This document shows, piece by piece, positions 43,057 through 57,337 of a stretch of DNA of 64,000 nucleotides (position 1 is its first letter; every line of letters starts with the position of its first letter). The stretch lies in contig OZ059900.1 in NCBI GenBank assembly GCA_964057225.1, positions 15,314,001 through 15,378,000 of the forward strand, read 5' to 3'. Source of the DNA: Auanema rhodensis. Its lineage: Eukaryota; Animalia; Nematoda. A program made the translations under genes and the position numbers. The notes below the pieces were generated by a model. It saw only the letters and a program-made list of their open reading frames with translations. It did no database searches and was not told the origin of the DNA.

Positions 43057-46000
43057 CCATGAGAAATATTTTATTATGCTGGAAAACCAGTTTTTGGAAA
43101 TTTCGCTGTAAACAAGGTTTTGACTTACGATTTCATGTGTTCAAACTCATGCAATGTCAATGAAACCTAGCTCAAAATTGTTCGTACAACGTCTAGTTCC
43201 ACTTTCACGACAAAAAAACAGGGGTTAGAAAATTAAGGAAATTAGCATATTCTGAGGGCACGCCCCTTATGGCTAATATTGATTAAATCGATTTTTGTTC
43301 ATATGAGTCGTCAAATGCAATTAATTTCAGCGTGTTACATACTAAAATGAAGCATTTTACATGCTGAACACTAAAAAAATACAAAAACACAGTATTTCCC
43401 ATGAGAAATATTTTATTATGCTGGAAAACGAGTTTTTGGAAATTTCGCTGTAAACAAGGTTTTGACTTACGATTTCATGTGTTCAAACTCATGCAATGTC
43501 AATGAAACCTAGCTCAAAATTGTTCCTACAACGTCTAGTTCCACTTTCACGACAAAAAAACAGTGGTTAGAAAATTAAGGAAATTAGCATATTCTGAGGG
43601 CACGCCCTTTATGGCTTATATTGATTAAATCGATTTTTGTTCATATGAGTCGTCAAATGCAACGAATTTCAGCGTGTTACATACTAAAATGAAACATTTT
43701 ACATGCTGAACACTATAAAAATACAAAAACACAGTATTTCCCATGAGAAATATTTTATTATGCTGGAAAACCAGTTTTTGGAAATTTCGCTGTAAACAAG
43801 GTTTTGACTTACGATTTCATGTGTTCAAACTCATGCAATGTCAATGAAACCTAGCTCAAAATTGTTCGTACAACGTCTAGTTCCACTTTCACGACAAAAA
43901 AACAGGGGTTAGAAAATTAAGGAAATTAGCATATTCTGAGGGCACGCCTCTTATGGCTAATATTGATTAAATCGATTTTTGTTCATATGAGTCGTCAAAT
44001 GCAACGAATTTCAGCGTGTTACATACTAAAATGAAGCATTTTACATGCTGAACACTAGAAAAATACAAAAACACAGTTTTTCCCATGAGAAATATTTTAT
44101 TATGCTGGAAAACCAGTTTTTGGAAATTTCGCTGTAAACAAGGTTTTGACTTACGATTTCATGTGTTCAAACTCATGCAATGTCAATGAAACCTAGCTCA
44201 AAATTGTTCGTACAACGTCTAGTTCCACTTTCACGACAAAAAAACAGGGGTTAGAAAATTTAGGAAATTAGCATATTCTGAGGGCACGCCCCTTATGGCT
44301 AATATTGATTAAATCGATTTTTGTTCATATGAGTCGTCAAATGCAACGAATTTCAGCGTGTTACATACTAAAATGAAGTATTTTGCATGCTGAACACTAG
44401 AAAAATACAAAAACACAGTATTTCCCATGAGAAATATTTTATTATGCTGGAAAACCAGTTTTTGGAAATTTCGCTGTAAACAAGGTTTTGACTTACGATT
44501 TCATGTGTTCAAACTCATGCAATGTCAATGAAACCTAGCTCAAAATTGTTCCTACAACGTCTAGTTCCACTTTCACGACAAAAAACAGGGGTTAGAAAAT
44601 TAAGGAAATTAGCATAATCTGAGGGCACGCCCCTTATGGCTAATATTGATTAAATCGATTTTTGTTCATATGAGTCGTCAAATGCAACGAATTTCAGCGT
44701 GTCACATACTTAAATGAAGCATTTTACATGCTGAACACTAGAAAAATACAAAAACACAGTATTTCCCATGAGAAATATTTTATTATGCTGGAAAACCAGT
44801 TTTTGGAATTTTCGCTGTAAACAAGGTTTTGACTTACGATTTCATGTGTTCAAACTCATGCAATGTCAATGAAACCTAGCTCAAAATTGTTCGTACAACG
44901 TCTAGTTCCACTTTCACGACAAAAAAACAGGGGTTAGAAAATTAAGGAAATTAGCATATTCTGAGGGCACGCCTCTTATGGCTAATATTGATTAAATCGA
45001 TTTTTGTTCATATGAGTCGTCAAATGCAACGAATTTCAGCGTGTTACATACTAAAATGAAGCATTTTACATGCTGAACACTAGAAAAATACAAAAACACA
45101 GTTTTTCCCATGAGAAATATTTTATTATGCTGGAAAACCAGTTTTTGGAAATTTCGCTGTAAACAAGGTTTTGACTTACGATTTCATGTGTTCAAACTCA
45201 TGCAATGTCAATGAAACCTAGCTCAAAATTGTTCGTACAACGTCTAGTTCCACTTTCACGACAAAAAAACAGGGGTTAGAAAATTTAGGAAATTAGCATA
45301 TTCTGAGGGCACGCCCCTTATGGCTAATATTGATTAAATCGATTTTTGTTCATATGAGTCGTCAAATGCAACGAATTTCAGCGTGTTACATACTAAAATG
45401 AAGTATTTTGCATGCTGAACACTAGAAAAATACAAAAACACAGTATTTCCCATGAGAAATATTTTATTATGCTGGAAAACCAGTTTTTGGAAATTTCGCT
45501 GTAAACAAGGTTTTGACTTACGATTTCATGTGTTCAAACTCATGCAATGTCAATGAAACCTAGCTCAAAATTGTTCCTACAACGTCTAGTTCCACTTTCA
45601 CGACAAAAAACAGGGGTTAGAAAATTAAGGAAATTAGCATAATCTGAGGGCACGCCCCTTATGGCTAATATTGATTAAATCGATTTTTGTTCATATGAGT
45701 CGTCAAATGCAACGAATTTCAGCGTGTCACATACTTAAATGAAGCATTTTACATGCTGAACACTAGAAAAATACAAAAACACAGTATTTCCCATGAGAAA
45801 TATTTTATTATGCTGGAAAACCACTTTTTGGAAATTTCGCTGTAAACAAGGTTTTGACTTACGATTTCATGTGTTCAAACTCATGCAATGTCAATGAAAC
45901 CTAGCTCAAAACTGTTCCTACAACGTCTAGTTCCACTTTCACGACAAAAAAACAGGGGTTAGAAAATTAAGGAAATTAGCATATTCTGAGGGCACGACCC

Positions 46001-49000
46001 TTATGGCTAATATTGATTAAATCGATTTTTGTTCATATGAGTCGTCAAATGCAACGAATTTCAGCGTGTTACATACTAAAATGAAGCATTTTACATGCTG
46101 AACACCATAAAAATACAAAAACACAGTATTTCCCATGAGAAATATTTTATTATGCTGGAAAACCAGTTTTTGGAAGTTTCGCTGTAAACAAGGTTTTGAC
46201 TTACGATTTCATGTGTTCAAACTCATGCAATGTCAATGAAACCTAGCTCAAAATTGTTCCTACAACGTCTAATTCCACTTTCACGACAAAAAAACAGGGG
46301 TTAGAAAATTAAGGAAATTAGCATATTCTGAGGGCACGCCCCTTATGGCTAATATTGATTAAATCGATTTTTGTTCATATGAGTCGTCAAATGCAACGAA
46401 TTTCAGCGTGTTACATACTAAAATGAAGCATTTTACATGCTGAACACTATAAAAATACAAAAACACAGTATTTCCCATGAGAAATATTTTATTATGCTGG
46501 AAAACCAGTTTTTGGAAATTTCGCTGTAAACAAGGTTTTGACTTACGATTTCATGTGTTCAAACTCATGCAATGTCAATGAAACCTAGCTCAAAATTGTT
46601 CCTACAACGTCTAGTTCCACTTTCACGACAAAAAACAGGGGTTAGAAAATTAAGGAAATTAGCATATTCTGAGGGCACGCCCCTTATGGCTAATATTGAT
46701 TAAATCGATTTTTGTTCATATGAGTCGTCAAATGCAACGAATTTCAGCGTGTTACATACTAAAATGAAGCATTTTACATGCTGAACACTAGAAAAATACA
46801 AAAACACAGTATTTCCCATGAGAAATATTTTATTATGCTGGAAAACCAGTTTTTGGAAATTTCGCTGTAAACAAGGTTTTGACTTACGATTTCATGTGTT
46901 CAAACTCATGCAATGTCAATGAAACCTAGCTCAAAATTGTTCCTACAACGTCTAGTTCCACTTTCACGACAACAAAACAGGGGTTAGAAAATTAAGGAAA
47001 TTAGCATATTCTGAGGGCACGCCCCTTATGGCTAATATTGATTAAATCGATTTTTGTTCATATGAGTCGTCAAATGCAACGAATTTCAGCGTGTTACATA
47101 CTAAAATGAAACATTTTACATGCTGAACACTATAAAAATACAAAAACACAGTATTTCCCATGAGAAATATTTTATTATGCTGGAAAACCAGTTTTTGGAA
47201 ATTTCGCTGTAAACAAGGTTTTGACTTACGATTTCATGTGTTCAAACTCATGCAATGTCAATGAAACCTAGCTCAACATTGTTCGTACAACGTCTAGTTC
47301 CACTTTCACGACAAAAAAACAGGGGTTAGAAAATTTAGGAAATTAGCATATTCTGAGGGCACGCCCCTTATGGCTAATATTGATTAAATCGATTTTTGTT
47401 CATATGAGTCGTCAAATGCAATTAATTTCAGCGTGTTACATACTAAAATGAAGCATTTTACATGCTGAACACTAAAAAAATACAAAAACACAGTATTTCC
47501 CATGAGAAATATTTTATTATGCTGGAAAACGAGTTTTTGGAAATTTCGCTGTAAACAAGGTTTTGACTTACGATTTCATGTGTTCAAACTCATGCAATGT
47601 CAATGAAACCTAGCTCAAAATTGTTCCTACAACGTCTAGTTCCACTTTCACGACAAAAAAACAGTGGTTAGAAAATTAAGGAAATTAGCATATTCTGAGG
47701 GCACGCCCTTTATGGCTTATATTGATTAAATCGATTTTTGTTCATATGAGTCGTCAAATGCAACGAATTTCAGCGTGTTACATACTAAAATGAAACATTT
47801 TACATGCTGAACACTATAAAAATACAAAAACACAGTATTTCCCATGAGAAATATTTTATTATGCTGGAAAACCAGTTTTTGGAAATTTCGCTGTAAACAA
47901 GGTTTTGACTTACGATTTCATGTGTTCAAACTCATGCAATGTCAATGAAACCTAGCTCAAAATTGTTCGTACAACGTCTAGTTCCACTTTCACGACAAAA
48001 AAACAGGGGTTAGAAAATTAAGGAAATTAGCATATTCTGAGGGCACGCCTCTTATGGCTAATATTGATTAAATCGATTTTTGTTCATATGAGTCGTCAAA
48101 TGCAACGAATTTCAGCGTGTTACATACTAAAATGAAGCATTTTACATGCTGAACACTAGAAAAATACAAAAACACAGTTTTTCCCATGAGAAATATTTTA
48201 TTATGCTGGAAAACCAGTTTTTGGAAATTTCGCTGTAAACAAGGTTTTGACTTACGATTTCATGTGTTCAAACTCATGCAATGTCAATGAAACCTAGCTC
48301 AAAATTGTTCGTACAACGTCTAGTTCCACTTTCACGACAAAAAAACAGGGGTTAGAAAATTTAGGAAATTAGCATATTCTGAGGGCACGCCCCTTATGGC
48401 TAATATTGATTAAATCGATTTTTGTTCATATGAGTCGTCAAATGCAACGAATTTCAGCGTGTTACATACTAAAATGAAGTATTTTGCATGCTGAACACTA
48501 GAAAAATACAAAAACACAGTATTTCCCATGAGAAATATTTTATTATGCTGGAAAACCAGTTTTTGGAAATTTCGCTGTAAACAAGGTTTTGACTTACGAT
48601 TTCATGTGTTCAAACTCATGCAATGTCAATGAAACCTAGCTCAAAATTGTTCCTACAACGTCTAGTTCCACTTTCACGACAAAAAACAGGGGTTAGAAAA
48701 TTAAGGAAATTAGCATAATCTGAGGGCACGCCCCTTATGGCTAATATTGATTAAATCGATTTTTGTTCATATGAGTCGTCAAATGCAACGAATTTCAGCG
48801 TGTCACATACTTAAATGAAGCATTTTACATGCTGAACACTAGAAAAATACAAAAACACAGTATTTCCCATGAGAAATATTTTATTATGCTGGAAAACCAG
48901 TTTTTGGAATTTTCGCTGTAAACAAGGTTTTGACTTACGATTTCATGTGTTCAAACTCATGCAATGTCAATGAAACCTAGCTCAAAATTGTTCGTACAAC

Positions 49001-50575
49001 GTCTAGTTCCACTTTCACGACAAAAAAACAGGGGTTAGAAAATTAAGGAAATTAGCATATTCTGAGGGCACGCCTCTTATGGCTAATATTGATTAAATCG
49101 ATTTTTGTTCATATGAGTCGTCAAATGCAACGAATTTCAGCGTGTCACATACTTAAATGAAGCATTTTACATGCTGAACACTAGAAAAATACAAAAACAC
49201 AGTATTTCCCATGAGAAATATTTTATTATGCTGGAAAACCACTTTTTGGAAATTTCGCTGTAAACAAGGTTTTGACTTACGATTTCATGTGTTCAAACTC
49301 ATGCAATGTCAATGAAACCTAGCTCAAAACTGTTCCTACAACGTCTAGTTCCACTTTCACGACAAAAAAACAGGGGTTAGAAAATTAAGGAAATTAGCAT
49401 ATTCTGAGGGCACGACCCTTATGGCTAATATTGATTAAATCGATTTTTGTTCATATGAGTCGTCAAATGCAACGAATTTCAGCGTGTTACATACTAAAAT
49501 GAAGCATTTTACATGCTGAACACCATAAAAATACAAAAACACAGTATTTCAAATGAGAAATATTTTATTATGCTGGAAAACCAGTTTTTGGAAGTTTCGC
49601 TGTAAACAAGGTTTTGACTTACGATTTCATGTGTTCAAACTCATGCAATGTCAATGAAACCTAGCTCAAAATTGTTCCTACAACGTCTAATTCCACTTTC
49701 ACGACAAAAAAACAGGGGTTAGAAAATTAAGGAAATTAGCATATTCTGAGGGCACGCCCCTTATGGCTAATATTGATTAAATCGATTTTTGTTCATATGA
49801 GTCGTCAAATGCAACGAATTTCAGCGTGTTACATACTAAAATGAAGCATTTTACATGCTGAACACTATAAAAATACAAAAACACAGTATTTCCCATGAGA
49901 AATATTTTATTATGCTGGAAAACCAGTTTTTGGAAATTTCGCTGTAAACAAGGTTTTGACTTACGATTTCATGTGTTCAAACTCATGCAATGTCAATGAA
50001 ACCTAGCTCAAAATTGTTCCTACAACGTCTAGTTCCACTTTCACGACAAAAAACAGGGGTTAGAAAATTAAGGAAATTAGCATATTCTGAGGGCACGCCC
50101 CTTATGGCTAATATTGATTAAATCGATTTTTGTTCATATGAGTCGTCAAATGCAACGAATTTCAGCGTGTTACATACTAAAATGAAGCATTTTACATGCT
50201 GAACACTAGAAAAATACAAAAACACAGTATTTCCCATGAGAAATATTTTATTATGCTGGAAAACCAGTTTTTGGAAATTTCGCTGTAAACAAGGTTTTGA
50301 CTTACGATTTCATGTGTTCAAACTCATGCAATGTCAATGAAACCTAGCTCAAAATTGTTCCTACAACGTCTAGTTCCACTTTCACGACAACAAAACAGGG
50401 GTTAGAAAATTAAGGAAATTAGCATATTCTGAGGGCACGCCCCTTATGGCTAATATTGATTAAATCGATTTTTGTTCATATGAGTCGTCAAATGCAACGA
50501 ATTTCAGCGTGTTACATACTAAAATGAAACATTTTACATGCTGAACACTATAAAAATACAAAAACACAGTATTTC
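43057..50575 (+). repeat. 12-mer block (4101 bp) followed by a 10-mer derivative (3418 bp); contains an internal trimer duplication (1025 bp)
   Basis: Copies start at 43057 and 47158 (CAATTAAT/CACTAAAA unit, then AAAACGAG/CAGTGG unit). TTTTGCATG occurs at 44385, 45410 and 48486. The second copy is 683 bp shorter. Confidence 0.85.
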
Positions 50576-53500
50576 CCATGAGAAATATTTTATTATGCTG
50601 GAAAACCAGTTTTTGGAAATTTCGCTGTAAACAAGGTTTTGACTTACGATTTCATGTGTTCAAACTCATGCAATGTCAATGAAACCTAGCTCAAAATTGT
50701 TCGTACAACGTCTAGTTCCACTTTCACGACAAAAAAACAGGGGTTAGAAAATTAAGGAAATTAGCATATTCTGAGGGCACGCCCCTTATGGCTAATATTG
50801 ATTAAATCGATTTTTGTTCATATGAATCGTCAAATGCAACGAATTTCAGCGTGTTACATACTAAAATGAAGCATTTTACATGCTGAACACTAGAAAAATA
50901 CAAAAACACAGTATTTCTCATGAGAAATATTTTATTATGCTGGAAAACCAGTTTTTGGAAATTTCGCTGTAAACAAGGTTTTGACTTACGATTTCATGTG
51001 TTCAAACTCATGCAATGTCAATGAAACCTAGCTCAAAATTGTTCCTACAACGTCTAGTTCCACTTTCACGACAAAAAAACAGGGGTTAGAAAATTAAGGA
51101 AATTAGCATATTCTGAGGGCACGCCCCTTATGGCTAATATTGATTAAATCGATTTTTGTTCATATGAGTCGTCAAATGAAACGAATTTCAGCGTGTTACA
51201 TACTAAAATGAAGCATTTTACATGCTGAACACTAGAAAAATACAAAAACACAGTATTTCCCATGAGAAATATTTTATTATGCTGGAAAACCAGTTTTTGG
51301 AAATTTCGCTGTAAACAAGGTTTTGACTTACGATTTCATGTGTTCAAACTCATGCAATGTCAATGAAACCTAGCTCAAAATTGTTCCTACAACGTCTAGT
51401 TCCACTTTCACGACAACAAAACAGGGGTTAGAAAATTAAGGAAATTAGCATATTCTGAGGGCACGCCCCTTATGGCTAATATTGATTAAATCGATTTTTG
51501 TTCATATGAGTCGTCAAATGCAACGAATTTCAGCGTGTTACATACTAAAATGAAGCATTTCACATGCTGAACACTAGAAAAATACAAAAACACAGTATTT
51601 CCCATGAGAAATATTTTATTATGCTGGAAAACCAGTTTTTGGAAATTTCGCTGTAAACAAGGTTTTGACTTACGATTTCATGTGTTCAAACTCATGCAAT
51701 GTCAATGAAACCTAGCTCAAAATTGTTATTACAACGTCTAGTTCCACTTTCACGACAAAAAAACAGGGGTTAGAAAATTAAGGAAATTAGCATATTCTGA
51801 GGGCACGCCTCTTATGGCTAATATTGATTAAATCGATTTTTGTTCATATGAGTCGTCAAATGCAACGAATTTCAGCATGTTACATACTAAAATGAAGCAT
51901 TTTACATGCTGAACACTATAAAAATACAAAAACACAGTATTTCCCATGAGAAATATTTTATTATGCTGGAAAACCAGTTTTTGGAAATTTCGCTGTAAAC
52001 AAGGTTTTGACTTACGATTTCATGTGTTCAAACTCATGCAATGTCAATGAAACCTAGCTCAAAATTGTTCCTACAACGTCTAGTTCCACTTTCACGACAA
52101 CAAAACAGGGGTTAGAAAATTAAGGAAATTAGCATATTCTGAGGGCACACCCCTTATGGCTAATATTGATTAAATCGATTTTGGTTCATATGAGTCGTCA
52201 AATGCAACGAATTTCAGCGTGTTACATACTAAAATGAAGCATTTCACATGCTGAACACTAGAAAAATACAAAAACACAGTATTTCCCATGAGAAATATTT
52301 TATTATGCTGGAAAACCAGTTTTTGGAAATTTCGCTGTAAACAAGGTTTTGACTTACGATTTCATGTGTTCAAACTCATGCAATGTCAATGAAACCTAGC
52401 TCAAAATTGTTCGTACAACGTCTAGTTCCACTTTCACGACAAAAAAACAGGGGTTAGAAAATTAAGGAAATTAGCATATTCTGAGGGCACGCCCCTTATG
52501 GCTAATATTGATTAAATCGATTTTTGTTCATATGAGTCGTCAAATGCAATTAATTTCAGCGTGTTACATACTAAAATGAAGCATTTTACATGCTGAACAC
52601 TATAAAAATACAAAAACACAGTATTTCCCATGAGAAATATTTTATTATGCTGGAAAACCAGTTTTTGGAAATTTCGCTGTAAACAAGGTTTTGACTTACG
52701 ATTTCATGTGTTCAAACTCATGCAATGTCAATGAAACCTAGCTCAAAATTGTTCCTACAACGTCTAGTTCCACTTTCACGACAAAAAAACAGTGGTTAGA
52801 AAATTAAGGAAATTAGCATATTCTGAGGGCACGCCCTTTATGGCTAATATTGATTAAATCGATTTTTGTTCATATGAGTCGTCAAATGCAACGAATTTCA
52901 GCGTGTTACATACTAAAATGAAGCATTTTACATGCTGAACACTATAAAAATACAAAAACACAGTATTTCCCATGAGAAATATTTTATTATGCTGGAAAAC
53001 CAGTTTTTGGAAATTTCGCTGTAAACAAGGTTTTGACTTACGATTTCATGTGTTCAAACTCATGCAATGTCAATGAAACCTAGCTCAAAATTGTTCCTAC
53101 AACGTCTAGTTCCACTTTCACGACAAAAAAAGAGGGGTTAGAAAATTAAGGAAATTAGCATATTCTGAGGGCACGCCCTTTATGGCTAATATTGATTAAA
53201 TCGATTTTTGTTCATATGAGTCGTCAAATGCAACGAATTTCAGCGTGTTACATACTAAAATGAAACATTTTACATGCTGAACACTATAAAAATACAAAAA
53301 CACAGTATTTCCCATGAGAAATATTTTATTATGCTGGAAAACCAGTTTTTGGAAATTTCGCTGTAAACAAGGTTTTGACTTACGATTTCATGTGTTCAAA
53401 CTCATGCAATGTCAATGAAACCTAGCTCAAAATTGTTCCTACAACGTCTAGTTCCACTTTCACGACAAAAAAACAGTGGTTAGAAAATTAAGGAAATTAG

Positions 53501-56500
53501 CATATTCTGAGGGCACGCCCCTTATGGCTAATATTGATTAAATCGATTTTTGTTCATATGAGTCGTCAAATGCAACGAATTTCAGCGTGTTACATACTAA
53601 AATGAAACATTTTACATGCTGAACACTATAAAAATACAAAAACACAGTATTTCCCATGAGAAATATTTTATTATGCTGGAAAACCAGTTTTTGGAAATTT
53701 CGCTGTAAACAAGGTTTTGACTTACGATTTCATGTGTTCAAACTCATGCAATGTCAATGAAACCTAGCTCAAAATTGTTCGTACAACGTCTAGTTCCACT
53801 TTCACGACAAAAAAACAGGGGTTAGAAAATTAAGGAAATTAGCATATTCTGAGGGCACGCCCCTTATGGCTAATATTGATTAAATCGATTTTTGTTCATA
53901 TGAATCGTCAAATGCAACGAATTTCAGCGTGTTACATACTAAAATGAAGCATTTTACATGCTGAACACTAGAAAAATACAAAAACACAGTATTTCTCATG
54001 AGAAATATTTTATTATGCTGGAAAACCAGTTTTTGGAAATTTCGCTGTAAACAAGGTTTTGACTTACGATTTCATGTGTTCAAACTCATGCAATGTCAAT
54101 GAAACCTAGCTCAAAATTGTTCCTACAACGTCTAGTTCCACTTTCACGACAAAAAAACAGGGGTTAGAAAATTAAGGAAATTAGCATATTCTGAGGGCAC
54201 GCCCCTTATGGCTAATATTGATTAAATCGATTTTTGTTCATATGAGTCGTCAAATGAAACGAATTTCAGCGTGTTACATACTAAAATGAAGCATTTTACA
54301 TGCTGAACACTAGAAAAATACAAAAACACAGTATTTCCCATGAGAAATATTTTATTATGCTGGAAAACCAGTTTTTGGAAATTTCGCTGTAAACAAGGTT
54401 TTGACTTACGATTTCATGTGTTCAAACTCATGCAATGTCAATGACACCTAGCTCAAAATTGTTCCTACAACGTCTAGTTCCACTTTCACGACAACAAAAC
54501 AGGGGTTAGAAAATTAAGGAAATTAGCATATTCTGAGGGCACGCCCCTTATGGCTAATATTGATTAAATCGATTTTTGTTCATATGAGTCGTCAAATGCA
54601 ACGAATTTCAGCGTGTTACATACTAAAATGAAGCATTTCACATGCTGAACACTAGAAAAATACAAAAACACAGTATTTCCCATGAGAAATATTTTATTAT
54701 GCTGGAAAACCAGTTTTTGGAAATTTCGCTGTAAACAAGGTTTTGACTTACGATTTCATGTGTTCAAACTCATGCAATGTCAATGAAACCTAGCTCAAAA
54801 TTGTTATTACAACGTCTAGTTCCACTTTCACGACAAAAAAACAGGGGTTAGAAAATTAAGGAAATTAGCATATTCTGAGGGCACGCCTCTTATGGCTAAT
54901 ATTGATTAAATCGATTTTTGTTCATATGAGTCGTCAAATGCAACGAATTTCAGCATGTTACATACTAAAATGAAGCATTTTACATGCTGAACACTATAAA
55001 AATACAAAAACACAGTATTTCCCATGAGAAATATTTTATTATGCTGGAAAACCAGTTTTTGGAAATTTCGCTGTAAACAAGGTTTTGACTTACGATTTCA
55101 TGTGTTCAAACTCATGCAATGTCAATGAAACCTAGCTCAAAATTGTTCCTACAACGTCTAGTTCCACTTTCACGACAACAAAACAGGGGTTAGAAAATTA
55201 AGGAAATTAGCATATTCTGAGGGCACACCCCTTATGGCTAATATTGATTAAATCGATTTTGGTTCATATGAGTCGTCAAATGCAACGAATTTCAGCGTGT
55301 TACATACTAAAATGAAGCATTTCACATGCTGAACACTAGAAAAATACAAAAACACAGTATTTCCCATGAGAAATATTTTATTATGCTGGAAAACCAGTTT
55401 TTGGAAATTTCGCTGTAAACAAGGTTTTGACTTACGATTTCATGTGTTCAAACTCATGCAATGTCAATGAAACCTAGCTCAAAATTGTTCGTACAACGTC
55501 TAGTTCCACTTTCACGACAAAAAAACAGGGGTTAGAAAATTAAGGAAATTAGCATATTCTGAGGGCACGCCCCTTATGGCTAATATTGATTAAATCGATT
55601 TTTGTTCATATGAGTCGTCAAATGCAATTAATTTCAGCGTGTTACATACTAAAATGAAGCATTTTACATGCTGAACACTATAAAAATACAAAAACACAGT
55701 ATTTCCCATGAGAAATATTTTATTATGCTGGAAAACCAGTTTTTGGAAATTTCGCTGTAAACAAGGTTTTGACTTACGATTTCATGTGTTCAAACTCATG
55801 CAATGTCAATGAAACCTAGCTCAAAATTGTTCCTACAACGTCTAGTTCCACTTTCACGACAAAAAAACAGTGGTTAGAAAATTAAGGAAATTAGCATATT
55901 CTGAGGGCACGCCCTTTATGGCTAATATTGATTAAATCGATTTTTGTTCATATGAGTCGTCAAATGCAACGAATTTCAGCGTGTTACATACTAAAATGAA
56001 GCATTTTACATGCTGAACACTATAAAAATACAAAAACACAGTATTTCCCATGAGAAATATTTTATTATGCTGGAAAACCAGTTTTTGGAAATTTCGCTGT
56101 AAACAAGGTTTTGACTTACGATTTCATGTGTTCAAACTCATGCAATGTCAATGAAACCTAGCTCAAAATTGTTCCTACAACGTCTAGTTCCACTTTCACG
56201 ACAAAAAAAGAGGGGTTAGAAAATTAAGGAAATTAGCATATTCTGAGGGCACGCCCTTTATGGCTAATATTGATTAAATCGATTTTTGTTCATATGAGTC
56301 GTCAAATGCAACGAATTTCAGCGTGTTACATACTAAAATGAAACATTTTACATGCTGAACACTATAAAAATACAAAAACACAGTATTTCCCATGAGAAAT
56401 ATTTTATTATGCTGGAAAACCAGTTTTTGGAAATTTCGCTGTAAACAAGGTTTTGACTTACGATTTCATGTGTTCAAACTCATGCAATGTCAATGAAACC

Positions 56501-57337
56501 TAGCTCAAAATTGTTCCTACAACGTCTAGTTCCACTTTCACGACAAAAAAACAGTGGTTAGAAAATTAAGGAAATTAGCATATTCTGAGGGCACGCCCTT
56601 TATGGCTAATATTGATTAAATCGATTTTTGTTCATATGAGTCGTCAAATGCAACGAATTTCAGCGTGTTACATACTAAAATGAAGCATTTTACATGCTGA
56701 ACACTATAAAAATACAAAAACACAGTATTTCCCATGAGAAATATTTTATTATGCTGGAAAACCAGTTTTTGGAAATTTCGCTGTAAACAAGGTTTTGACT
56801 TACGATTTCATGTGTTCAAACTCATGCAATGTCAATGAAACCTAGCTCAAAATTGTTCCTACAACGTCTAGTTCCACTTTCACGACAAAAAAAGAGGGGT
56901 TAGAAAATTAAGGAAATTAGCATATTCTGAGGGCACGCCCTTTATGGCTAATATTGATTAAATCGATTTTTGTTCATATGAGTCGTCAAATGCAACGAAT
57001 TTCAGCGTGTTACATACTAAAATGAAACATTTTACATGCTGAACACTATAAAAATACAAAAACACAGTATTTCCCATGAGAAATATTTTATTATGCTGGA
57101 AAACCAGTTTTTGGAAATTTCGCTGTAAACAAGGTTTTGACTTACGATTTCATGTGTTCAAACTCATGCAATGTCAATGAAACCTAGCTCAAAATTGTTC
57201 GTACAACGTCTAGTTCCACTTTCACGACAAAAAAACAGGGGTTAGAAAATTAAGGAAATTAGCATATTCTGAGGGCACGCCCCTTATGGCTAATATTGAT
57301 TAAATCGATTTTTGTTCATATGAATCGTCAAATGCAA
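50576..57337 (+). repeat. 9-mer/10-mer higher-order repeat (3078 bp, then 3420 bp), third copy cut by the inversion
   Basis: The TGAATCG unit starts at 50576, 53654 and 57074. CAGCATGT occurs at 51877 and 54955; GCACACCC, TTATTAC and AAGAGGGG recur at +3078. Confidence 0.88.
57286..57337. other. Strand-switch (inversion) junction of the satellite array with a 51-bp asymmetric spacer
   Basis: The forward monomer stops at ...CAAATGCAA (monomer 264 = 57337). The reverse monomer starts at monomer 212 (AAGGGGCG, 57337). One A is shared and no bases are inserted. 57286-57336 has no mirror partner at the centre. Confidence 0.95.

Larger units (their letters stand above)
1..57337 (+). repeat. Tandem satellite DNA array, 342-bp consensus monomer, forward orientation (~167 full monomers plus one truncated at monomer position 264)
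   Basis: CCATGAGAAATATTTTATTATGCTGG recurs every 340-343 bp (1, 341, 682, 1024 ... 57074) with no intervening unique sequence. Length variation comes mainly from an A6/A7 tract. The array probably extends beyond the left edge. Confidence 0.99.
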
